Under the pieces are notes generated by a model. The model was given only the letters and a program-made list of their open reading frames with translations, was not told the origin of the DNA and made no database searches. From the NCBI GenBank assembly GCA_038227875.1, contig JBBRPR010000028.1:40559-104558 (forward strand): a DNA stretch of 64,000 nt, written 5' to 3'. Below are positions 39,716-48,600 of the stretch, piece by piece. Each line of letters begins with the position of its first letter. The first letter of the stretch is position 1. The DNA is from Planctomycetota bacterium. Its GTDB lineage: Bacteria; Planctomycetota; SZUA-567; H5-PLA8. The position numbers and the translations under genes are program-made.

Positions 39716-41365
39716 TTATTGCTTGCCGAGTCGCGACAACGCTTCGCTCAGCCATTCCGACGGAATGGTGCCGCTGATCTTGATCTCATCCATGGCAATG
39801 CCGTCGCTGAGTCCCTGCAGCCAGAGCTGGCCGGGTTTCTCACCAAAGTTAGGCGGCAGCGTGTAGCCGGTGCTCTTCTCGTCGCGGGAGGACATCGAGG
39901 CGCGGTAGCCGCCGCGATCGGTCTTGATCTCCAGCCCGAGCTTCTCCGGCTTGTCGCTCTCTTTTCGCGCGGAAAGATTGGAACTGTGGGCGCGCGTGTT
40001 GTTCTCGCGCACCTGCATCACCGCGTCGCGGCTGACGTCGACGGACACTCCCCGCTCCGGCGAGTACAGCGCGCCAAAGGCGAGGCTCCGTTCCGCGCGG
40101 ACATCGCGGTTGAGCGTCAGCGTCATCGAAATCGGTCCGGCGAACGGGACGATGTGAGCGAAGCGCGCGTTGGGAACGGCAATCGCGCCGTCCGGGCGCT
40201 TGGAGAGCGTGGAGGGTCCGGCCGGTTCGGGCAACCAATCTTCCGTGAGTTGCTTGGTTTCGCGGCCGTAGGTCAGTTCCACTTCGACGCCCGACGACGA
40301 GCGGCTGCGCAGCTTCACGCGTCCGTTGAACAGGCGCTGCAGATCCGCCTCGGTGGCCAGTTCCACGCGCCAGCCGGGCACGCGCGCGCCGACAACCGAT
40401 TCGGTGCGGCCCTTGGGTTGACCGCTGCCTTCGAGGTACTTCGAGCCGGGGCCGAGCGTCGTGGTGACTTCCGTGCCCGCATGCCGCGAGACGACAATCG
40501 CGCTGCCGGAAACGACCAGCGCGCTGCCGTCGAAGGCGCTGCCGTTCTTGGTGACGTTGACGAACAACTGCGTGCCGGGATCGGGCAGGACCAATCCCAG
40601 GTCCGAATGGACGTCCCACTTCATCAGTCGCGGCGCGTTCTTGTCGGGGTTGGCCAGCGGCTTGTTGACGCCCAGTTCGCCGCTCTCCACGGAGATGCTG
40701 AACGCGTCTACGGAACTGGATTGCGGTTCCAGCGTCACGTGCGACGACGGGCCGATAAAGAGCGCCGTGCCGTCGTTGAGGTCGATGCGCGCGCGGCCGC
40801 CTTCGGGCGTGATCACCGTGTCGCCGGCGTAGATCGTCTCGCCTTCGTGCGCTGCGCGCGGTGAGCGGCCTTCGCTGGCGTTGCCGGTCTCAACCGCGCC
40901 GTTGACCAGCGAGAGCGCGCCGAGTTGCGTGTGCGGGTAGAGCAGACTGTTCTTGCCGGTAAAGAAAATCAGAATCAGTGCGGTGACGCCGATGATCAGC
41001 GCCAGCACCACGCCCCAGACGCGCGAACGGGAGACTTTTTCGCTGCGCTGACTGGCGAATTTGGTCAGTCGCGCGGCGCGGCGGGCTTCGACGCGCAGCC
41101 GTTTTTCCGGCGGCAGCGCGCGGATGATCTTGGCCGATTCCACCGACGCTTCCGCGCGCACCGCGCGCGAGAAATCCGGCGTGCCTTGAACGGGACGCAT
41201 CGCGGGGACGGCTTCCAGCATCTTCCCTGTGCCCTTCAATTCGCGATACGCTTTCATACACGCGGGGCAAAGGTTCAGGTGCTCCTGGATTAACACCGCT
41301 TCGGCTTCTGGAAGTTCATCCAGAAGGAAGTCGGCCAGATATTCGGTGCACTTTTCACAGTCCAT
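39716..41365 (-). CDS. zf-HC2 anti-sigma factor with a FecR domain
   Basis: MDCEKC…EHLNLCPAC (HxxxCxxC), TM and IDLNDGTALFIGPSS. Confidence 0.85.
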   Translation of the reverse strand: MDCEKCTEYLADFLLDELPEAEAVLIQEHLNLCPACMKAYRELKGTGKMLEAVPAMRPVQGTPDFSRAVRAEASVESAKIIRALPPEKRLRVEARRAARLTKFASQRSEKVSRSRVWGVVLALIIGVTALILIFFTGKNSLLYPHTQLGALSLVNGAVETGNASEGRSPRAAHEGETIYAGDTVITPEGGRARIDLNDGTALFIGPSSHVTLEPQSSSVDAFSISVESGELGVNKPLANPDKNAPRLMKWDVHSDLGLVLPDPGTQLFVNVTKNGSAFDGSALVVSGSAIVVSRHAGTEVTTTLGPGSKYLEGSGQPKGRTESVVGARVPGWRVELATEADLQRLFNGRVKLRSRSSSGVEVELTYGRETKQLTEDWLPEPAGPSTLSKRPDGAIAVPNARFAHIVPFAGPISMTLTLNRDVRAERSLAFGALYSPERGVSVDVSRDAVMQVRENNTRAHSSNLSARKESDKPEKLGLEIKTDRGGYRASMSSRDEKSTGYTLPPNFGEKPGQLWLQGLSDGIAMDEIKISGTIPSEWLSEALSRLGKQ

Positions 41366-41455
41366 AGTATTGGCTTCGCGGCTCACGAAAATGAGTGAGC
41401 GATCCCCTTTTTAACTACACCGTCACAGTACGGGTTTCAGCATCTTGTACTATTC

Positions 41456-42118
41456 TCACAAGTAATCCTTGATGGACTTCCGCAGGCGCTCCAGTGCAGA
41501 ATAGATACGCGCCCGCACCGTGCCCACGGGTACGCCGACGACCTCGGCGATCTCGCGGTACTTCAGGCCCTGAAAGCGGTTGAGGATAAGCACTTCACGT
41601 TCCGCTTCGGGCAGTGCTTCCAACGCTTTTTCCAGCCGCTGATCGCGTTCGCGGCTGACCATTTCGTCGAGCGGACTGGTGCCGGCCGATTGCAGGTAAT
41701 CGCCGACGCGCGCCGAGTCCTCCCCGCCGCCGTGCGATGACGAGAGGCTGTCTTCGATCGAGACCGTCGGATGGCGCGAACGCCAGCGCAGCTCGTTCTT
41801 GCAGAGGTTGCGGACGATGGTGTAAAACCACGTCGTGAAGCTGCGCGGGTACTGGTAGCTCTTGGCATCTTTGAAAATGCGCAAAAACGCTTCCTGCCCC
41901 AGCGCCTCGGTGCGGCTCTGGTCGCCGACGAGCCGGTTGATGAACGACAGCGCCTGGCCTTCGTAGCGCTGGAAGAGGACCTCAAACGCCGCTTCGTCGC
42001 CGTCCTGGCACAGATGCATCAGGTCTTCGTCGGACATCGAATCGACCGATTGGAGCTCATCGATTTCCGGAATTTCCGACGGCGCAGCGGCAGACTTGCT
42101 CGGAGTTTCTTCCGGCAC
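41456..42118 (-). CDS. ECF sigma factor (RpoE/SigW-like)
   Basis: GDEAAFEVLFQRY, FTTWFYTIVRNLCKNELR and GLKYREIAEVVGVPVGTVRARI. Confidence 0.93.
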   Translation of the reverse strand: MPEETPSKSAAAPSEIPEIDELQSVDSMSDEDLMHLCQDGDEAAFEVLFQRYEGQALSFINRLVGDQSRTEALGQEAFLRIFKDAKSYQYPRSFTTWFYTIVRNLCKNELRWRSRHPTVSIEDSLSSSHGGGEDSARVGDYLQSAGTSPLDEMVSRERDQRLEKALEALPEAEREVLILNRFQGLKYREIAEVVGVPVGTVRARIYSALERLRKSIKDYL

Positions 42119-42338
42119 GCCCGCGGTTTCAGCCGGAACGTCGGCCGCCGGCTCGGGCGGAGGTGTGGACGGAGGCGAAGATTTGTCAGCGTGCTTGCGT
42201 GCGATAGCCGGGTCACTCCTGGCGATGAAGGCGCTTTAGGATATCGGGAAAGCGCTGCGTTTGCAATGGGCGTCGGTGCCGCGTCGCTGAACAAGCGCAC
42301 TCGTGAGTCCAATTCCGTCCGGCTTGTGCGCGGGGTTT

Positions 42339-43400
42339 TTAACGCGCAGCGATTCGTTTCTGGACCAAGACTGCAATCAATTCGACGGCTGAATCCGGAA
42401 AGGGCGCAACGCTGCTGACGTTGATCTCGCACAGCACGTATGTATCCCGTCCGGACTCGTCACGTTTGCCGAGAAGGAAATCCGCATCCCAGAGGGCCGG
42501 AAGATCCTCTGTTGCGATGCCCAGGACGCGCTGCATGTCCGACACCCAGCGGCTTTCAAGCCGTTCCTTGAGCGCTTGAAACTCCGGCTTTGTCGGCGGG
42601 AAGTACAACCGGGGGCCCGGCTGAGGCGCGGCGCTTTCCGGCATACCCCGCGGCGCGGGATACAACGCGTTAATCTGCTGGTGTCCAAAGCCGGCCACCT
42701 GATTTCCCACCAGATAGCAGCGGATCATTCCGTCCTGCAGGCGCTCCTGAAACGGTTGATCGATCATGCGGCCCGTACCGGCGAAGTAGGGTTCGCAGGT
42801 CGCCAGGAATTCGTTCAACGTCATGAGCGTTTCGACACTACCACGTTTGGCATGGCGAACTCGAACGGGCAGAACTGTCCCGGAGGACGCCGGCCCCGGC
42901 GACTGTGCCTGAATTTTCCAGACGCCATCGCCGCCATTTCCGCGGTGTTGTTTGAGAACGCGGACTTCGCCGCGCGCCAGTCGGTCCGGCAATTGTCGGC
43001 GCAGTTCGTCCATGCTGCGGTACATCTGGGTGTCGCAGCCCCACTCCAGGCTGCGCGTTTCATACAACACTTCCTTCGTACCCATTTTTAGAATGACATC
43101 AGGATGAGCGCTGACGATCGTGCCGCGCGCCGCGATCTCGCGCAGCATCGCATCCAGTACCGAGCGATCGCGCCCACCTTCAATCGGATTGACCCAGACG
43201 AGGACAGCCTGCGCGCCCAGCAGCTGCGACTTGACGTCCGACACCCAGTCGTCGTGATAGACCACCGGTTCCGCGTCGATTCCAATCCCTGCCAGGGCGC
43301 GGAATATGGCGGCGAAGCGATTGTTCTCCGGAGTGGCCTCCTGCCTGACTTTCTGATCTCCAGGATAAAGGATCGCGACGCGATGTTTGGTGCTCATCAT
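42339..43400 (-). CDS. Cj0069-like ATP-grasp protein
   Basis: LVWVNP, HPDVILKMGTKEVL, RVLKQHRGNGGDGVW and WDADFL…YVLCEINVSSV. Confidence 0.75.
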   Translation of the reverse strand: MMSTKHRVAILYPGDQKVRQEATPENNRFAAIFRALAGIGIDAEPVVYHDDWVSDVKSQLLGAQAVLVWVNPIEGGRDRSVLDAMLREIAARGTIVSAHPDVILKMGTKEVLYETRSLEWGCDTQMYRSMDELRRQLPDRLARGEVRVLKQHRGNGGDGVWKIQAQSPGPASSGTVLPVRVRHAKRGSVETLMTLNEFLATCEPYFAGTGRMIDQPFQERLQDGMIRCYLVGNQVAGFGHQQINALYPAPRGMPESAAPQPGPRLYFPPTKPEFQALKERLESRWVSDMQRVLGIATEDLPALWDADFLLGKRDESGRDTYVLCEINVSSVAPFPDSAVELIAVLVQKRIAAR

Positions 43401-43417
43401 AATTTTGTCCTGAACCG

Positions 43418-44029
43418 TTACTTTCCGCTGTACGTGAAGTCGTCGAATAGCGTCACGCTGTCGGCCTTCGTCCATACGCCTACTGCGCCCGCGTCCGGGA
43501 AAGTCGCGTCCTCCGCTTCGATCACCACTGCGCCGTCGAAGGAAACTTTGAAACTGTTGCCGCTGAATTCCACTTTCAGCGTATGCCAGACCTGGGTCGC
43601 GACTTTCGTGTCGATGCTCTTGAAGGCGACGCGGGAGCCCTTCACGGTGTGATAAATGGTGACGTTGTCTTCCAGCGCATTGGCGCGGGCGATGTAATAA
43701 TTGTCGCCGTCTTTAAAGCGCCAGACCAGCCCGCCCGCCTGGTCTTCCTTGCCCGCCACGGGTTTGAATTTCACTTCCACCGTACCGTCCTTGACCGCCG
43801 CGTCTTTCAGCACGCAAAACGGATAACGGCCCTCGCCAGATTGTTTGAGCACATTGCCCTTGCTCGGCGCTGAGTCGTCGGCCACGACGCTCCATTTTGG
43901 CGTGCCGCCACCGGTGACACCCGCCATCCATCCGTTGGGCAAGTCGCCCACCTTCGTCGCATCAAAATTCTCAGACGCAGCATGAAGTGAGGACGTGACG
44001 ACAAGTAGTGCTAGTATGAAGTACCACAT
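43418..44029 (-). CDS. Secreted DUF1080/LamG-like beta-sandwich protein
   Basis: Signal peptide, DQAGGLVWRFKDGDNYY and GAVGVWTKADSVTLFDDF. AGGAG RBS. Confidence 0.8.
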   Translation of the reverse strand: MWYFILALLVVTSSLHAASENFDATKVGDLPNGWMAGVTGGGTPKWSVVADDSAPSKGNVLKQSGEGRYPFCVLKDAAVKDGTVEVKFKPVAGKEDQAGGLVWRFKDGDNYYIARANALEDNVTIYHTVKGSRVAFKSIDTKVATQVWHTLKVEFSGNSFKVSFDGAVVIEAEDATFPDAGAVGVWTKADSVTLFDDFTYSGK

Positions 44030-44052
44030 GGATATGTTCTCCTGCTGTCGCC

Positions 44053-44904
44053 TCAACGCTTCACCAACCGCATCGCATCCCCATGCCACAACGTCTCGAT
44101 CCCATCGATGCCCCATTTCTCAAGGCCGATGGACGGGTCGCCCATCTCGACGAGATTGTTCGGCAGAATGCGGCTGAAGAGCACCGAATGCGCCACGCCC
44201 GGCGTCCAGCCCCAGTTCTGTTCGTAGCGTACGTCGGTGCCGGGCTTCTTGTCGAGCCGGACACTCAGGATCAGCGGGCCTTTCAGCTTGCCGCTTTTCA
44301 GGTCGTCGACGGTGCCGCGGAGCACCTCCACGTCGTAGGGCGTGCCGGCGGTTTTCAGTTTCAGGCCGCGGTAGAGGCCATACCAGAGCGTCCCGTTGGT
44401 GCGCGTCAGGCAAAGGCGGATCATCTCCTGCTCGGTGGTCCGGATGCCGACAGTGCGCAGCAACGTCGCGGCGCAGGCGGCGCTGCAGCTGGAATCCGAC
44501 GACTGAATCGCGACGCCTTCGCGCGTCCAGTAATCGCCACCCTGCGGCACGGGTCCCACCAGCGGCGCGATCAGCGTGTAGGTGCAGGCGACGATCAGTA
44601 GCACGCAGTAGATCCCGCGGCGCAGGCGGCCGCCGGGGATGCGCTTGACCACCAGCCCTGTCAGCAGCCCGCCAAACAGGATCAGCCAGTTGCCGACGAT
44701 GATTGCGTTGGAGAACGGTAGCATCCGGATCAGCAGCGCCGATTCGCGCAAGAAAATGGCGTACAGAAAAAGCCCGACAATGGTCAGCGTGATCGCCGCC
44801 AGCGACGCGCGCTGAGATAGTCGCGCGTCGGCTTTCAGCCCCAAAAATAACAGGACCGCGGCCAGGCTGACCATGATGCCGAGTCCAATATAGATGTCGG
44901 CCAT
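44053..44904 (-). CDS. Membrane-bound peptidase C39-like protein
   Basis: Four N-terminal TM helices, then Q-x5-C (QSSDSSCSAACAATLL), HSV and MGDP. Confidence 0.75.
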   Translation of the reverse strand: MADIYIGLGIMVSLAAVLLFLGLKADARLSQRASLAAITLTIVGLFLYAIFLRESALLIRMLPFSNAIIVGNWLILFGGLLTGLVVKRIPGGRLRRGIYCVLLIVACTYTLIAPLVGPVPQGGDYWTREGVAIQSSDSSCSAACAATLLRTVGIRTTEQEMIRLCLTRTNGTLWYGLYRGLKLKTAGTPYDVEVLRGTVDDLKSGKLKGPLILSVRLDKKPGTDVRYEQNWGWTPGVAHSVLFSRILPNNLVEMGDPSIGLEKWGIDGIETLWHGDAMRLVKR

Positions 44905-45107
44905 CTTTAGCGTCTGCCTCTATAAAGCGGGAGATGAGCGAAACTTATAACGAATCTTGAGCACCGCAGCGATTCCGTTGCAAATCCAGTGTAATCAACT
45001 CAGCCCACGTGGCTCTTTATATCGGTTACGCGCCGCCAGCTCAACCAGTTCGGCGTGCAGAAGCTTCCGGATCTTACGACAGGTAGTGAACACGGGATGA
45101 AAAGACT

Positions 45108-45638
45108 TTGCTCCTGACTGCTGCCGGCCAATTTACGGCTGATGCCACCGAACGCGAGTTGGAAGGACTCTTCCAGCGCTACGCGCCAGGCCTGGGCAGC
45201 TATTTTCTGGCGCGGCTGCGCGATCCGGAGCTGGCTGAAGAGCTTACGGCGCGCGTGTTCGTCATGGCGGTGCAGAAGTTCGAGCAATGCCGCGGCAATC
45301 GCGCCGGCTGGCTGTGGGCGATTGCGCAGAGCGTCCTGTCGCGGTACGTGCGCGACCGCAATCGCGTGCCGCCGCCGCCGCTGAACGTGGCCGAACGCGA
45401 CCCGGGCGAGGCGGCCGAGCAGCGTGAATTGCAGGCGCGGCTGCCGGAGATCCTGAGCGAATTGAACGAGCAGCAGCATGAAGTGGTCTACCTGAAATAC
45501 TTTCAAGATTTGAGCAACACCGAGATTGCCGAAGCGACCGGCATGACGCCGGCGAACGTCGCGGTGGTGCTCCATCGAACGTTAAAGCGCCTGCGCGAGC
45601 TGATCGATGCGCCCGCGGCGCGGGAGAAAATGGCATGA
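45108..45638 (+). CDS. ECF sigma factor
   Basis: AEELTARVF…WLWAIAQ and LSNTEIAEATGMTPANVAVVLHRTLKRLR. Stop overlaps the next start (ATGA). Confidence 0.88.
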   Translation: MLLTAAGQFTADATERELEGLFQRYAPGLGSYFLARLRDPELAEELTARVFVMAVQKFEQCRGNRAGWLWAIAQSVLSRYVRDRNRVPPPPLNVAERDPGEAAEQRELQARLPEILSELNEQQHEVVYLKYFQDLSNTEIAEATGMTPANVAVVLHRTLKRLRELIDAPAAREKMA

Positions 45639-48600
45639 CCGACGGTGACCTGAATCCAGACGACGCGCGACTCGGCGCGCAATTGCGCGCCGCGCGACCG
45701 CAGCTTTCCGCGGCCGCGCTGGCGCGCGCGCATGCCGCGATGCGCCGCGAACTCAACATCCGTAACGAAACGCGCCGGAGCTTTCAGGATCGACGCCGCC
45801 CGCTGGTCGCCGCCATCGCGGCGCTCTTTGCCGTGGGATTGCTGATCGCGTGGTACGCCGTCACGGTGACGCCGCATGCCACGGAAATCGTGCAGGTGAA
45901 ATCGCCCGGCGAAGCCTTTCACGCGGCGGAGCTCGAACAACGGCGCCGCGAGGAACTCAAGGCGAAGTACGCCCTCGCCAAATCGCCGGCGGAGCAGGCG
46001 GCGCTGGCCGCGGAGCTGGCGAAGATCACGCCGGATAATCAGATTCCGCAGTGGATGCGCTTCGACGCGGCGATGGGCCTGGTGAATCCGCGGCTGAAGT
46101 GGCACGCAGCGGGATTCGCGTACGGGTCATACTTCCAATCAGCGGACCGCCTTAAACATGCGCGCGCCGACCAATACCGCTTCGAGGCACACAATGGCGA
46201 ACAGTGGATGCGGGACGCGATTCCGGCGAACGTCAAATTTGACCTCAAAACACATTCGAATGGCAGACTGGCACGGCAGGAAGCCCGGCTTCAGAGTGCA
46301 AACGAGCCGGAGTTTTTCTGGACCGTCGACGACCCGAAGTCTCCCGACGTGACGCGTGCCGTGGCGCTGCTGGGCAGCGTCCACGACGACGTCAGCGCAC
46401 GTTGGGTCGACGCGCTGCGGATCAACAACACTGTGCTGACGATGGATGTGCGCGGCGGGTATGCCTCCGGCAGCGCCGCGCCGATTGTGCTGGACGCGCG
46501 CGCCGCCGACGAGATCACGTTCAAGCTCTACCGCGTCGCCGACGCCGCGAAACTGCAGGCCGCGGCGCAGCGCATCGGCACCGATTACATCTTTGCCGAC
46601 CATGCTGAGATCAGAGCTGAGCAATTGGATATGGTGAAGTACGCCATACAGGATGAAGTCATGAAGGACCTTCGAAAAAAGCTCGATCCGCTGCCCGAAT
46701 TCTCGAACGCCGAGCTGGCGGGGTCCTGGCACGTCGCGGTCGGTGAGATGAAAGCGCTTCACATTCAGAAGTATGAGTTCCGGGACCGCTGGTGGGACGA
46801 CGCGGAAGAGAACGACGAGCCCGACGCCGCATACTTCGACGATGCTTGCTCGCAATTTGCCGCTCGGCTTCACCGTGAGTACTGGCCGGAGGAAGATGAA
46901 CTCAGTGCCTGGACCTGCGCCCGCAAGTTCGAGATCCCCGCCGCCTCGCTCCAGCCTGGCGCATACGTGCTGGTCGCCGAAGCCAACGGCACGCGAGCCT
47001 GCGCGCCGATCCTCGTCGATTCGCTCAGCCTGACCCTGCGCCGCTGCCGCGACGGCGTGATGGTTGTCGCCAGCGACAATCAGGGCGCCGCGCCGGTCGC
47101 AAGAGCTCGCGTGCTCGCCGACGGCATGCTGCAGCCCAGTTCCACCGATGCAAGCGGCGTGGCGTTCGCGCGCGTCTTCGCGGCCGGCGACAAACCGATT
47201 CTCGTCGAAAAGGACGGCCGCTTCGCCATCGGCGGTTTCGGAAAAGTCTTCGACGGGATCTACAACGGTCCGGAGGAATATCAACGCGAACGATGGGATC
47301 TCGCCCGCTCGAGTTTGCGCCAGGCCCGCGCGACGGAGCGCGATCTCGCCTCGGAAGACGCCGTCGGACAGGTGTTCGAAGACCGTCACGTCGCCGCCGC
47401 ATACACCGACCGGCCGACCTACCGGCCGGGCCAGGACGTTCAATTCAAGCTGATCGTGCGCACGCTCGGCCAGCCGCTGGATGTCGAAAAGTCCAGGGCC
47501 CCCGGTTTCCGCGATGAGGACTTCGACCGCGCCCGGCTGCTCCAATTGCCCAACCCCGGCACGACCGTGGCGTACGAAGCGCTCGACAAGAAAGGCCGCT
47601 CGATCGCCAGCGGCGCGATGGGCCTCAACGAATTCGGCACGGCCAGCGGCACGATCCATCTTTCCGACGAATGCGCGACCGGCGCCTGCGCGCTGCGCAT
47701 CAACCTCAATGGCACGGCGCGAATCCTGCCCGACATCTTCACGGTCAAGAATTACCGCCGTCCCAACTTCGAAGTCGCGCTCAAAGGCCTGCCGGAAAAC
47801 CTGACGAAGCTGGCTGGCCAGAAGCTCACGCTTGAGGTCTCCGCGAAGTACTACTTCGGCAAAACCGTCGCGGGCGGGACGGCTCACGTCCGGCTGGTTC
47901 ACGCCGACAGCTGGCGGCCCCTGGCGGAGAAAGACGTGGTGCTTTCGAACACTGGCGACACCGTCGCGGTGCTTCAACTTCCAGAGAAATTGATCGGCGG
48001 CGCGTACCACGTGATCTGCGCGGTCACCGACGACAGCAACCAGACCGTGACGCAGACGGCGGCAGCGAACGTCGACCTGCCGCCGGCGGTGAAAGCGGAC
48101 TCGCTGGCCGACCTCCCGCGCTTTGCTCCGGCCAGCGAAGTGCTGCACATTTCTGGTTTGTCCACGGAAGTCACGGCCAAGCACGGCGACGTCACCGCGC
48201 GCTTCACACCCGACGCGAAGGGCGTCGCCGAACTGAAACTGGGCACCGGTTGGTGGACGCTCAGCGCCGATGGCAAATCCGCATCGCTCTTCGTTTACGG
48301 CGAGGGCGCGTACATCTTCAGCAACTTGAATGATGAAGAAAAGGGCTTCGTCAACATCGCCAACTACGGCAGCGAAGAGAGCGGCATGACTTACGAATAC
48401 AACGGCCGCAAGCCGGAACTGTGGGCGCTCTTCGGCCGCCAGCACGCCGAGGTCGGCGGCACGATCAAGGTTCTGCTTTACGCTCCCAACGCGACGCGCG
48501 CGCTGCTGACGATGGAAGGCCGCACCGTGCTGGACTACGTGATCGTCCCGCTCGACGGCGCCAGTTCGTACCACGTTGTCGAGATTCCAATCCGCGAGCG